In this document: piece after piece, positions 1 to 8,892 of the stretch | How the letters are laid out: every line of letters starts with the position of its first letter | How positions within the stretch are numbered: the stretch's first letter is position 1 | Source: Thermoplasmata archaeon | Lineage (GTDB): Archaea > Thermoplasmatota > Thermoplasmata > Sysuiplasmatales > Sysuiplasmataceae | Direction of reading: 5' to 3' | Assembly: GCA_021817225.1 (NCBI GenBank) | Contig: JAKAVR010000001.1 | Span: 8,002 to 72,001 of the forward strand | DNA: 64,000 nucleotides | The notes under the pieces: model-generated | Told to the model about the DNA's origin: nothing | The model's database searches: none | What the model saw: the letters and a program-made list of their open reading frames with translations, nothing else | Position numbers and translations under genes: made by a program

Positions 1-399
1 AACCAGGCTATTGCAGGTGCGATGGATGACATATGCCGGGTAGTCTCACGATACAGGGTGGAGTACAGAGGCATTGGCGCATTTCCTTCCCGGAACAGGC
101 CGTCAGTCATCTGGGTGGGGGTAACTGACAGCGGCGAGACATCGAAAATCAACGCACTTCTTTCAGAAAGACTTTCAATTCTCGGTTTCCCGGCTGAAGC
201 CAGACCCTTTCATGCGCATATAACGCTTGCAAGAGTGAAGTGCAGGGTGGGGGAGGGAAAGCTGGAAAGGCTTTTCAGGGACTGGGAAGAAAAAAGCTTC
301 GGGTTTCAGGAAATCCGCAAGGTCTTCCTGATGAAGAGCGAACTCACTCCCCAGGGAACCATTCATACCTCTCTTCACGTCTCAAGGCTCAGAACCTAG
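1..399 (+). CDS. 2'-5' RNA ligase (LigT/ThpR-like), C-terminal part; the ORF runs off the 5' window edge
   Basis: Open frame from nt 1. Second H-x-T-x motif 'HAHITLAR' and LigT-like 'RPSVIWVGV' are present. Confidence 0.55.
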   Translation, partial: NQAIAGAMDDICRVVSRYRVEYRGIGAFPSRNRPSVIWVGVTDSGETSKINALLSERLSILGFPAEARPFHAHITLARVKCRVGEGKLERLFRDWEEKSFGFQEIRKVFLMKSELTPQGTIHTSLHVSRLRT

Positions 400-764
400 A
401 CCTTCTGCGAATTCCCCTCGTCCCACTCCAAGTTGTTCTTGATCCCTTTCTTCTGAAGCATTTTGCTGATTTTCTCAGTTATCCTGACGACTTCCGTGCT
501 GGAAGAGTTGCCCGCCAGGAACATCTCCTTCCGGCCAATGGGGAATATCAGTCTCATCCTTCCCCTTCTGTTGTACCCCTCAGGCTTCCTGTTCGACCTG
601 ATGTCCCTCATGTTCAGTTCTATGAACATGTCCAGTATCTCCTTCTCCTCCGGCATCTGGTCTGTCTCCTGGAGAAATGAGGTTATAAGTTCCGGGAAGA
701 CATCCTTCAATGCCCGGTACCTGAAGCCAGTCGTAAATACAATGTGGCCTACTTCAGCCTTCAC
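396..764 (-). CDS. hypothetical protein (122 aa)
   Basis: Intact ORF filling the gap between neighbours, charged/helical composition, no recognised motif. Confidence 0.35.
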   Translation of the reverse strand: MKAEVGHIVFTTGFRYRALKDVFPELITSFLQETDQMPEEKEILDMFIELNMRDIRSNRKPEGYNRRGRMRLIFPIGRKEMFLAGNSSSTEVVRITEKISKMLQKKGIKNNLEWDEGNSQKV

Positions 765-1294
765 GATTTGAGTTATTCATCCTTTCGATTTAATATCTTC
801 GTTCCCTGATTCGCACTACTGGCCCCATTCTCGAGACCAATCCATTTCATCTGACACCCCCTCGGTTTTCACGTGACCGGGCGCCGGCGGGCAGGTTCGA
901 CCCTCTGGGTGCTGATGCGGCGATGATCGCGGTTGTTGCAACGTGATAGAATTTCACACGCAGTTCGTCCTCTCTTTATTATTGCTACAACGACAGGTTA
1001 AAATACGCCTGCCCAAATCTTCTCGCCTGCGGGTTGCTCTATGAGTGGCAACATGCCCATATTGTGTGTGGTACCGGCGGAAAACCGTTATCCTGATGGG
1101 AGATTTCGGCCTCTGTCGAATTGGTCGGAGGAGTACAGGAATGTAGCTTGGGCACGAGTAGACGTTGCACCGTCCCATGGGCATTCTCCTGGGCCTGTCA
1201 TCGGATACTGTGCCCCCGCTGTGCGTGGCAACGGCAGAAAGGCAGTTTCACAAATACACGACGATACCTGACACAACCACAATGATGTGATGAA

Positions 1295-2455
1295 ATGAAG
1301 ATCGCAATGTTCACTGACTCATACTATCCCGCCGTGGATGGTGTTGTCACTTCACTCTCAACAGTTTCGAAGGAGCTGGAGCGTATTGGTCATGAAGTCT
1401 TCATATTCGCCCCCGAGCCTCCGAACGGTGAGAAGGTCCAGGACATCACGAAGGGCGGAACATTCTATTTCAGGTCATTCAGGTTCAAGCATTACCCGCA
1501 GTACAGGAGCGCATTTCTTCCGTCAAACAAGAACAGGATCCTCAGAAAACTCGGCGTGGACCTGATTCACACCCACGGCATGACTTTCATGGGCGTGAAG
1601 GGGCTTTCGGCAGGAAGGCACTTCGGCGTGCCCGTCGCCACAACCTATCACACGATGATGCACGAGGCTGCCGATTTCTACAATCCGCTTCCCCTGCCGC
1701 GGAGCACAATGGTAAGTCTCACCGTACGGTACGTGCGCCTTTTCCTCAACAGGCTGGACGCAGTCGTCGTCCCTACCAGGCCTATACTTGAGGAGCTTGT
1801 CAGGATGGCACCAAGGATGCCATACACTGCTGTCATACCCACCGGCGTGGACACTAACCGGTTCAGGCCAGGCAATGTCAACAACCCCATCAGGGAGAAG
1901 TATGGAATTGAAGATTCTCCGCTCATCCTGTATGTTGGCAGGGTCGCATTCGAGAAGAACATCGATTCGATACTGAGGAATCTGCACAGGGTATCAGACA
2001 GTTCCGCGAAATTGATGATTGTTGGGGACGGTCCTGCAAGGAAGCACGTCGAGCAGCTCGTCCGCTCTCTCGGGCTCCGGGACAGGGTAATCTTCACCGG
2101 ATTTATTCCCGACAGCCAGCTTGTGGACTACTACTCTGCCTCCGATGTCTTCATCAGCGCCTCGAAATTCGAGACACAGGGACTTTCCATGCTTGAGGCG
2201 ATGTCCTGCGGAAAGCCTGTGGTGAGCATTAACTACAGGGCTGTCACCGATTACATTGTCGACGGTGAGAACGGCTTCCTCTACAACGAGTTTTCCGACA
2301 ACATGGCGGAGACAATCGACAGGGCTCTCTCTTCGGACGCAAGCATAATGAAGAATGCGCGCAGGACCGCCGAGCGCTACTCGAAGGAGCGGACCTCTCG
2401 CTCCCTGAGCGAGCTTTATTCGAAGATACTTGACATGTACATCAACGGGCAATGA
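1295..2455 (+). CDS. glycosyltransferase family 4 (GT1/GT4 fold)
   Basis: C-terminal GT4 signature '...FISASKFETQGLSMLEAMSCGKPVV...' and 386 aa length typical of GT4. Confidence 0.85.
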   Translation: MKIAMFTDSYYPAVDGVVTSLSTVSKELERIGHEVFIFAPEPPNGEKVQDITKGGTFYFRSFRFKHYPQYRSAFLPSNKNRILRKLGVDLIHTHGMTFMGVKGLSAGRHFGVPVATTYHTMMHEAADFYNPLPLPRSTMVSLTVRYVRLFLNRLDAVVVPTRPILEELVRMAPRMPYTAVIPTGVDTNRFRPGNVNNPIREKYGIEDSPLILYVGRVAFEKNIDSILRNLHRVSDSSAKLMIVGDGPARKHVEQLVRSLGLRDRVIFTGFIPDSQLVDYYSASDVFISASKFETQGLSMLEAMSCGKPVVSINYRAVTDYIVDGENGFLYNEFSDNMAETIDRALSSDASIMKNARRTAERYSKERTSRSLSELYSKILDMYINGQ

Positions 2456-2456
2456 T

Positions 2457-3056
2457 ATGCTTTCGATAGGCCAGTTTGTGTACGACCTTTTCCAGCCGCT
2501 TGGTGTCTACGGCCTACTTGCCGCCCTCTTCTTGATCTTCTACTTCGACTCGACGCTGATCCCCACTCTCCCCGAACTCTTCACGGTCATTATCTTCCTG
2601 GCCCATCCGGTCCCCATTTTCGGGGTTATGATGATTGCAACACTGTGCGCAGCAGAGTTCTGCGGCGTGACCACCCTATACCTTGTCGTCAGGAAATACA
2701 CCCTGCCTCAGTGGATGCGGAGGAGGATTGTAGAATATTCCCGATTCCTTGTTGTAAGGGATGAGAAAATGATACTGCTCAACAGGATAGCACCAGTCAT
2801 CCCCTTCCTGGGGGCATTCATTGCCACATGTGAATGGCCGTACGGCAGGAGCATCCTCTACAACTTCGTTGGAGGGGTTGCCAAATACAGCCTGATTGTG
2901 GTAATGGCGTCCTACTTCCTGTTACTCTTCTCCGATCAGACGCTTGCCGAAGTGATAACAGTGGTCGCTGTACTTGCACTCGTTGGCTTCAGCTATCTGC
3001 TCTCGGTTCGAAGGAAAAAGAAGCTGGAACAAAGCTCTGCGGGTGGTAGCCAGTGA
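2457..3056 (+). CDS. polytopic membrane protein, DedA/VTT-like (tentative)
   Basis: About 5 predicted TM helices. Sits between two GT4 genes. Alternative ATG at 2430 overlaps the upstream gene. Confidence 0.45.
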   Translation: MLSIGQFVYDLFQPLGVYGLLAALFLIFYFDSTLIPTLPELFTVIIFLAHPVPIFGVMMIATLCAAEFCGVTTLYLVVRKYTLPQWMRRRIVEYSRFLVVRDEKMILLNRIAPVIPFLGAFIATCEWPYGRSILYNFVGGVAKYSLIVVMASYFLLLFSDQTLAEVITVVAVLALVGFSYLLSVRRKKKLEQSSAGGSQ

Positions 3057-4114
3057 ACATACTGGAGCTCAATCCCTTCTACCTTCCCTATAACGGCGGG
3101 ATTGAAAAGCGAATCGCAGCCCTGTCCTCAAGACTTTCGGGGAGGCACAGGATCACTGTCGTAACTTCAAGACTCCCGGGGACGGAGGAGGAGGAGACTG
3201 TCAACGGGGCGAAGGTCATAAGGCTTCCAAGCAGGTTCTTTTCAAACTACAATCCTCCCTTTGTCACGAGCAGCGGAATAGAGGAGACAATAGAAACTAT
3301 AGGTCCCGATGTTGTGGATTATCACTACCGGTGGTCGGGAAGCTACAACCGGGCATTCTTCCGCTCGAAGGGAAGGAAGGTGATGACCTTCCACAACCTC
3401 TACGGTGAAGGGACGGGTGCCCTCAGGCTGCTCAGTATACTCAACGACGCATCCTACGTGAGGAAACTGAAGCAAGTGGATCATGTTCTGGCGGTTTCGG
3501 ACTTCGTGAAAAAAGAGCTCGAGGAAAAAGGCCTGGCGCCGTCCATGCTCACCACCTGCTACAACGGAATTGATATGCACAACTGCAGGACGTCGGATGA
3601 GCGGTTTGCGCTTTTTATCGGCAGGCTGGTCCCGACAAAAGGGGTGGCTCAGCTTGCCCGCGCCGCTCTGAAGTCGGGAGTGCCTTTGAAGGTGGCCGGC
3701 AGCGGACCGATGTTCGACTGGCTCAAGAAGCAGGAGCGAAACGGGCCGATTGAGGTGCTCGGCCCTGTCAACGAGGAGGAAAAAGAGAAGCTTCTGTCCA
3801 CATGCACGTTCATGGTCGTACCGTCTCTTCACGAGGCATTTGGCCTTGTGGCGCTTGAAGCTATGGTCCATGGCAAACCAGTCATATCCTCAGATACAGG
3901 CGGGCTGCCGGAGGTTGTCGGAAAAGGGGGGACCATTGTCCCTGCACGGGACGTGGATGCTTTCGCCTCCGCGATGAAAACTTACTGGAATGACGAAAGC
4001 CTTGTTTCAGCCACGGGTGCCGTTGCAAGAAGTCAATCCGAGAAATTCTCATGGGACAGTTCTGTGAGAACAATCGAGTCGGTCTACAGCTCGGTCCTCG
4101 AATCGGACAGGTAG
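3053..4114 (+). CDS. glycosyltransferase family 4
   Basis: GT4 motif 'EAFGLVALEAMVHGKPVISSDTGGLPEVV'. The start overlaps the upstream stop by 4 nt (operon-like). Confidence 0.85.
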   Translation: MNILELNPFYLPYNGGIEKRIAALSSRLSGRHRITVVTSRLPGTEEEETVNGAKVIRLPSRFFSNYNPPFVTSSGIEETIETIGPDVVDYHYRWSGSYNRAFFRSKGRKVMTFHNLYGEGTGALRLLSILNDASYVRKLKQVDHVLAVSDFVKKELEEKGLAPSMLTTCYNGIDMHNCRTSDERFALFIGRLVPTKGVAQLARAALKSGVPLKVAGSGPMFDWLKKQERNGPIEVLGPVNEEEKEKLLSTCTFMVVPSLHEAFGLVALEAMVHGKPVISSDTGGLPEVVGKGGTIVPARDVDAFASAMKTYWNDESLVSATGAVARSQSEKFSWDSSVRTIESVYSSVLESDR

Positions 4115-5025
4115 AGGGAATAGCCGGGTATCCCCGTCTTTGTCCCCGTTGAAGGGTTGCTGATGTATGTCACTTTAATTGTAAATATAAGAGTCCTGCC
4201 GGCAACCGGCTGATTGAAATTGAGCGTCGCAGTTCCGTTGGAGTTCAGGGCCCATATGACGAAGTGCGAACCAGACGGGGCTCTTCCACCCACTGCCTTG
4301 ACCATCGACGCTGCAATTTCGTTGTGGAGCTCAATGAAACCGGTCCCATTGTCAGCGGCGCTATTGAATGCAATGACTTTCACAGGGAATCCGGTCATGC
4401 CCGCAACCGTTGCCGAATTGAGCGTGTAAGGGTCTAATGTCATTCCTGCATTCGGCTGGTACTGGTATGTCGCGGTTCCATTCCCTGTGCTGAGCACCTG
4501 CACATTCCATCCCCAGAAGGGATCCTTCACCACAAGCCCCATCTGCGGAGCCTCGCCAAAATCAGACTGGAACGTTGCAGACAGAACAGTGTGAAGCATG
4601 CTCACATTCTGGTAGAGCGGAATGTAACTCAGCAATGATGTGTTGAGAGGTCCGTAGCCGTCTGCGGGTGCTATTACAACGGTCTTGGACTGGTTCACCG
4701 TCATGCCTATGATCCCCTGGTCAAACCCCCGCACCACCTGGCCGCTTCCGACGTTTGATATCTGCAGCGGCTTGTAGCCAGCGGCACCCCTCCATGTGAA
4801 ACCCGGAGCCTTTGGATAACTTGCATTATTCTGGGCTATAGACAGCACGGATGTGTCGAAAATGAGATTATTGGTGTACTGGCCTGTATAGTTGACATAC
4901 ACCGAATCCCCCGGCTGGACAGAAAGGGGCGGGGTCGCCCTTGATGCAGTGGAGTACCCGTAGGCCGAGTAGCTCACGAGGCCCGCTCCTACAAGAAGAA
5001 GCACCACTATGACCGCTGTGGACAT
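4084..5025 (-). CDS. membrane-anchored FKBP-type peptidyl-prolyl isomerase domain protein with an N-glycosylation-sequon-rich C-terminal domain
   Basis: N-terminal signal-anchor 'MSTAVIVVLLLVGAGLV'. FKBP core 'GQVVRGFDQGIIGMTVNQSKTVVIAPADGYG'. At least 10 N-x-S/T sequons. The ORF could start at 5061. Confidence 0.55.
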   Translation of the reverse strand: MSTAVIVVLLLVGAGLVSYSAYGYSTASRATPPLSVQPGDSVYVNYTGQYTNNLIFDTSVLSIAQNNASYPKAPGFTWRGAAGYKPLQISNVGSGQVVRGFDQGIIGMTVNQSKTVVIAPADGYGPLNTSLLSYIPLYQNVSMLHTVLSATFQSDFGEAPQMGLVVKDPFWGWNVQVLSTGNGTATYQYQPNAGMTLDPYTLNSATVAGMTGFPVKVIAFNSAADNGTGFIELHNEIAASMVKAVGGRAPSGSHFVIWALNSNGTATLNFNQPVAGRTLIFTIKVTYISNPSTGTKTGIPGYSLYLSDSRTEL

Positions 5026-5169
5026 CGTGATTCTTGTCCTCTTCGCACCTGCTTCCTGCATTGCAACCGACTAAAATCATCCTGCTAATAAAGCTTCTTG
5101 ACAGTGCCTGCTTGTGAATCGCATCGAATGGCAGGCAGAACTTGCGCTTTTCAGGGCCCGTGCCCCATC

Positions 5170-5181
5170 TTTTATTATATG
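5170..5181 (+). promoter_or_regulatory. TATA-like box upstream of asnS
   Basis: 'CTTTTATTATAT' about 25-35 bp upstream of the 5206 ATG, archaeal box-A like, implies a short leader or leaderless mRNA. Confidence 0.3.
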
Positions 5182-5205
5182 GACTGCATCTAAACAGCGA
5201 AGTGA

Positions 5206-6513
5206 GTGTCCTTGACAAACGGTCACATGCACATTTCCGATGTCATCAGGTCGGGAAAGGAAGGTTCAGAATATTCCATCAGGGGATGGATTTACAGGAC
5301 AAGGAGCAGCGGCTCCATCGTCTTCTCAGTTATCAGGGATCAGTCAGGCATAATGCAGTGTACCGTCAAGAAATCCGATGTTCCTGCGGCTGAGTTCGAT
5401 GCGGCGGGAAAGGCGCTGATTGAGTCCTCGGTCGAATGCACTGGGATTCTCAAGAAGGATGAAAGGGCCCCGGGGGGATTTGAACTCAGGGCGACGGGGT
5501 TCAGGGTCGTTGCATTTGCTGACCCGTTTCCAATAACGGCAAACCAGAGCGAGGCGTTCCTCCTGGATAACAGGCATCTCTGGATCAGGTCAAGGGAGCA
5601 GACTGCAGTAATGAAGATCAAGGAGACCCTGCTCCAGGGTGCAAGGGAATGGTTCAGTAAAAACGGATTCTTCGAGGTAACTCCTCCCATACTCACTACG
5701 AATGCATGCGAGGGCGGAACGACCCTCTTTTCACTGAAGTACTTCGGCGAGGATGCATATCTCAGCCAGAGCGCACAGATGTACCTTGAGGCCACAGCCT
5801 TCAGCCTGGAGAAGGTGTTCGCTGTAACGCCCTCCTTCAGGGCGGAAAAGTCAAGGACGCCCCGCCACCTTACAGAATACTGGCACATGGAGGCGGAGGA
5901 GGCATGGGTCGACAATGAGGGGAACATGAAGATACAGGAGGATCTGATTAGCGCAATTGCGTCCGCCATAGCTGAAAGAAGAAAGGACGAACTGGAACTC
6001 CTCGGCAGGAAGGCGGAGGAGCTGAAGGTGATAGAGCCGCCATTCGAGCGGCTGACATACTCCAAGGCGATAGAGATCCTGAACGGCAGGGGGAAAGAGC
6101 TGGCGTGGGGTGATGACCTGGGCACCGATGAGGAGCGCTTGCTTACCGAAGACTACCGGAAGCCTGTCTTCGTGACAAGCTACCCGAAGACGTTGAAGGC
6201 ATTCTACATGAAGGACAATGAGGAGGATCCGAAGACCTACAAGTGCGCAGATATGCTCGCCCCCGAGGGCTTCGGTGAGATAATAGGCGGAAGCGAGAGG
6301 GAGACAGACTACTCCAAGCTTGTCCGCAGGCTCGAGGAACAGAAAATACCCATGGAGCCATACAGATGGTATCTCGACCTCAGGAAATTCGGTTCCGTGC
6401 CGCACTCCGGTTTTGGCATGGGTGTAGAAAGGGTGCTGCGCTGGATCTGCAGGCTTGAGCACATACGCGATGCAACGCCTTTTCCGAGGACACCCTCGAG
6501 GATATACCCGTAG
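5206..6513 (+). CDS. asnS: asparaginyl-tRNA synthetase (class IIb)
   Basis: Class II motifs 'FRAEKSRTPRHLTEYWHMEAE', 'KAFYMK', 'GFGEIIGGSERE', 'VPHSGFGMGVERV', 'PFPRTP'. These match AsnRS more closely than AspRS. Confidence 0.8.
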   Translation: MSLTNGHMHISDVIRSGKEGSEYSIRGWIYRTRSSGSIVFSVIRDQSGIMQCTVKKSDVPAAEFDAAGKALIESSVECTGILKKDERAPGGFELRATGFRVVAFADPFPITANQSEAFLLDNRHLWIRSREQTAVMKIKETLLQGAREWFSKNGFFEVTPPILTTNACEGGTTLFSLKYFGEDAYLSQSAQMYLEATAFSLEKVFAVTPSFRAEKSRTPRHLTEYWHMEAEEAWVDNEGNMKIQEDLISAIASAIAERRKDELELLGRKAEELKVIEPPFERLTYSKAIEILNGRGKELAWGDDLGTDEERLLTEDYRKPVFVTSYPKTLKAFYMKDNEEDPKTYKCADMLAPEGFGEIIGGSERETDYSKLVRRLEEQKIPMEPYRWYLDLRKFGSVPHSGFGMGVERVLRWICRLEHIRDATPFPRTPSRIYP

Positions 6514-6516
6514 TGT

Positions 6517-7629
6517 CTATTTCCCTGGCCTGACAAACGGCGGCTTTACCGTCCTGCCCTCTATCTCCCTTCCCCTCACTGCGATGGTCACCCTGTCATC
6601 CGCTTTGGGCCAGGGGTTCATGTAACCCATCGCTACCGCTCTTCCGAGCACCGGTGAGTAGCCTCCGCTCGTGACGTGTCCCTGCCCGTTTTCGCTCCGG
6701 ACAAGATCCCCATGCCGGGGTATAATCTTCCCTTCGGTCAGGAAACTGAAAAGCCTGGAATAACCGCCCCCGCTCTTCTGCCTCGAAAGCGCCTCCCTGC
6801 CTATGAAGTCGTGGTTCCAGTTAATTATCCAGTTATACCCCGTTTCAAGCGTCGACTGTTTCCCGTCGAAGTCTGTTCCCGACAGCAGATAGCATTTCTC
6901 AAGCCTGAGTGAGTCCCTGGCACCGAGTCCCACAGGATGGATTCCGAACTCCCTTCCCTTCTCCATTATCCTCCTCCATGTCTCCGCTCCCCTTTTCCTG
7001 TGCACGAAAAGCTCGAAACCGTCCTCCCCTGTATATCCTGTTCTGGAAATGTAGTTTGAACCACCTTCCAGCCTCTGAATGAAACTGCCTTTGCCGCTTC
7101 CAGTGAACATCCCCCTGAAGCTCCCGAGCGAGGTGGCTTCGGGCGATATTTTCTCCATGACTCCTACGGCGGCTGGTCCCTGGAGCGCGAAGCAGCAGAC
7201 TTCATCGCTATGGTCACTTATGCCGCAGTGCGCATTCTCAGCTACCCATGCAAGAACCTCGGATATCTTCGACGCATTCGGGACAGTAAGGAACTCATCT
7301 CCTGATATGCGCGTGGCGATTGTGTCGTCGATTATCCTTCCGTCCTCGTTCAGGTGGTGTGTATATGTGCAGACCCCCGGCTCAGTATCCTGCAGTGCGT
7401 TTGTCGAAAGCCTGTCAAGCTCCCTCGCTGCATTCTCGCCGGAAAAAATCAGCTCACCCATATGCGACACGTCGAAAAGCCCAACCTTTTCCCTGACGGC
7501 CATATGCTCCTCGATTATGGAACCGTAGTGGAGCGGCATTTCCCAGCCAGCGAACTCCACCATGTGTCCGCCGAGTCGTATGTGTTCTTCGTAAACAGGC
7601 GTCCTTTTCAGTGCGATATTCTGCATCTC
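6517..7629 (-). CDS. gcvT: glycine cleavage system T protein (aminomethyltransferase)
   Basis: N-terminus 'LKRTPVYEEHIRLGGHMVEFAGWEMPLHYGSIIEEHMAVREKVGLFDVSHMG'. Start taken at the internal Met to avoid overlapping orc1. Confidence 0.85.
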   Translation of the reverse strand, partial: EMQNIALKRTPVYEEHIRLGGHMVEFAGWEMPLHYGSIIEEHMAVREKVGLFDVSHMGELIFSGENAARELDRLSTNALQDTEPGVCTYTHHLNEDGRIIDDTIATRISGDEFLTVPNASKISEVLAWVAENAHCGISDHSDEVCCFALQGPAAVGVMEKISPEATSLGSFRGMFTGSGKGSFIQRLEGGSNYISRTGYTGEDGFELFVHRKRGAETWRRIMEKGREFGIHPVGLGARDSLRLEKCYLLSGTDFDGKQSTLETGYNWIINWNHDFIGREALSRQKSGGGYSRLFSFLTEGKIIPRHGDLVRSENGQGHVTSGGYSPVLGRAVAMGYMNPWPKADDRVTIAVRGREIEGRTVKPPFVRPGK

Positions 7630-7636
7630 CCGACCT

Positions 7637-8809
7637 TCACCTTGCTTTCTGCTTCTTGCTGCTGCTGAGCATGCGCTCAATCTGCTGCACCATTATGTCG
7701 GCTGGTACATCCAGCATTGTGATCATGTTCGTCATTCCCGCCACGCTACCCTTCTTGGACCTTATGTCAACCAGGCCAAGGCCCGCCAGCTCCTTCACGT
7801 GTGAATAGAACTGCGTATGTGCCCTGGGCTTTGTGTCATGCTCCTCACACGCTATCCTGTAACTTTTTTCGACTTCTGATGTTTCAGTGTAGGCCTTGTT
7901 CCTAAGCATCCTCGCGGTCGCCAGGAGGATGAGCATCTGATCCCTGTTCAGACCGGCCACCCTTTCCTCCGTCACGAAGGCGTAGGTTGCCGCTTTTGCC
8001 GCTCTCACGTCCTCGGTGTATATCTTCTCCCCGGACCGCTCGTTTGCTATCATGCCTGACTTTTCAAGCATCTCTATGGCGAATCTCGCATCGCCCCACT
8101 CGCTTGCAATGTCGGCGATCATGTCAAGGACCTCATCATCGTAGCTGCCGCTGACGAGCGCAAGGTCCGCCCTTGCCGAGATTATGTCAAAAAGCTGTTC
8201 CTTGGTGTACTTTCCGAATTCTATTATGTTTGTCCGCTTGAAGGTTGAAAGGGCCGACTTGTCAAGCAGGTCGAAAACATGTCTCTGTGAAATAAGTATG
8301 AGGGACACCCTGTTCTTCAGTGTGTCAGACTCTTCGGGGAGCCTGCTCAGGAAGTATACGAGGTCGCTCGCACCGCTTCTGAAAAGCGCATCCACCTCGT
8401 CAAGAACGAATATGCAGTGCCCTCCCCTTTTCTCAATATGCTTCCTGAGCACTTTCCTGAGCTCCTGCGCCGAGAACCCCCTGTCAGGGAAATTCGGATC
8501 GAAGTAGTTTATCATCTTTAGCAGCGTGGACGCCTCGCTGTTCCTCTGCCTGCAGTTGACAATGGTCCATTCGATGCTCTTCCCTGCCTTCCTTGCCCTC
8601 ATGGAAAGCTCAGTGCAGAAGCGCTTTGATGTGACCGTCTTACCCGTTCCGATGCTTCCGACAATGAGTGCGTTCTGGCTGTAACCGCCCTGTGTGACAG
8701 GCTCGAACATTACCTCAAGCTTCCTCCACTGTTCCTCCCTGTGAAGAAGCTTCTCAGGAACGTAATCGAATGAAAGCTTTGCTATATCTCTGAATACGCC
8801 GCTCGACAT
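7637..8809 (-). CDS. orc1: Orc1/Cdc6 replication initiator (AAA+ plus winged helix)
   Basis: Walker A 'GSIGTGKT', typical N-terminus 'DYVPEKLLHREEQ', 390 aa. Confidence 0.9.
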   Translation of the reverse strand: MSSGVFRDIAKLSFDYVPEKLLHREEQWRKLEVMFEPVTQGGYSQNALIVGSIGTGKTVTSKRFCTELSMRARKAGKSIEWTIVNCRQRNSEASTLLKMINYFDPNFPDRGFSAQELRKVLRKHIEKRGGHCIFVLDEVDALFRSGASDLVYFLSRLPEESDTLKNRVSLILISQRHVFDLLDKSALSTFKRTNIIEFGKYTKEQLFDIISARADLALVSGSYDDEVLDMIADIASEWGDARFAIEMLEKSGMIANERSGEKIYTEDVRAAKAATYAFVTEERVAGLNRDQMLILLATARMLRNKAYTETSEVEKSYRIACEEHDTKPRAHTQFYSHVKELAGLGLVDIRSKKGSVAGMTNMITMLDVPADIMVQQIERMLSSSKKQKAR

Positions 8810-8840
8810 GTGGGGTTCAGCCTAGGTTATCCGCGGCATC

Positions 8841-8850
8841 TTTTATTATC
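8841..8850 (-). promoter_or_regulatory. TATA-like box upstream of orc1/cdc6
   Basis: Minus-strand 'GATAATAAAA' about 32-41 bp upstream of the 8809 start. Confidence 0.3.
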
Positions 8851-8892
8851 TTTGCAATGGAACTGTCCCTGTACCGGGGTTTCCCTGTTGTT

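Noticed and set aside
5340-6125. 261-aa minus-strand ORF
   Set aside because: Antisense to asnS, which has unambiguous class II aaRS motifs.
8810-8892. Replication origin (ORB elements/DUE) next to orc1/cdc6
   Set aside because: The intergenic region is only 83 bp and contains weak GGAAAC/TTCCA-like fragments. There is no AT-rich unwinding element or dyad ORB repeats. The gcvT gene abuts the other side.
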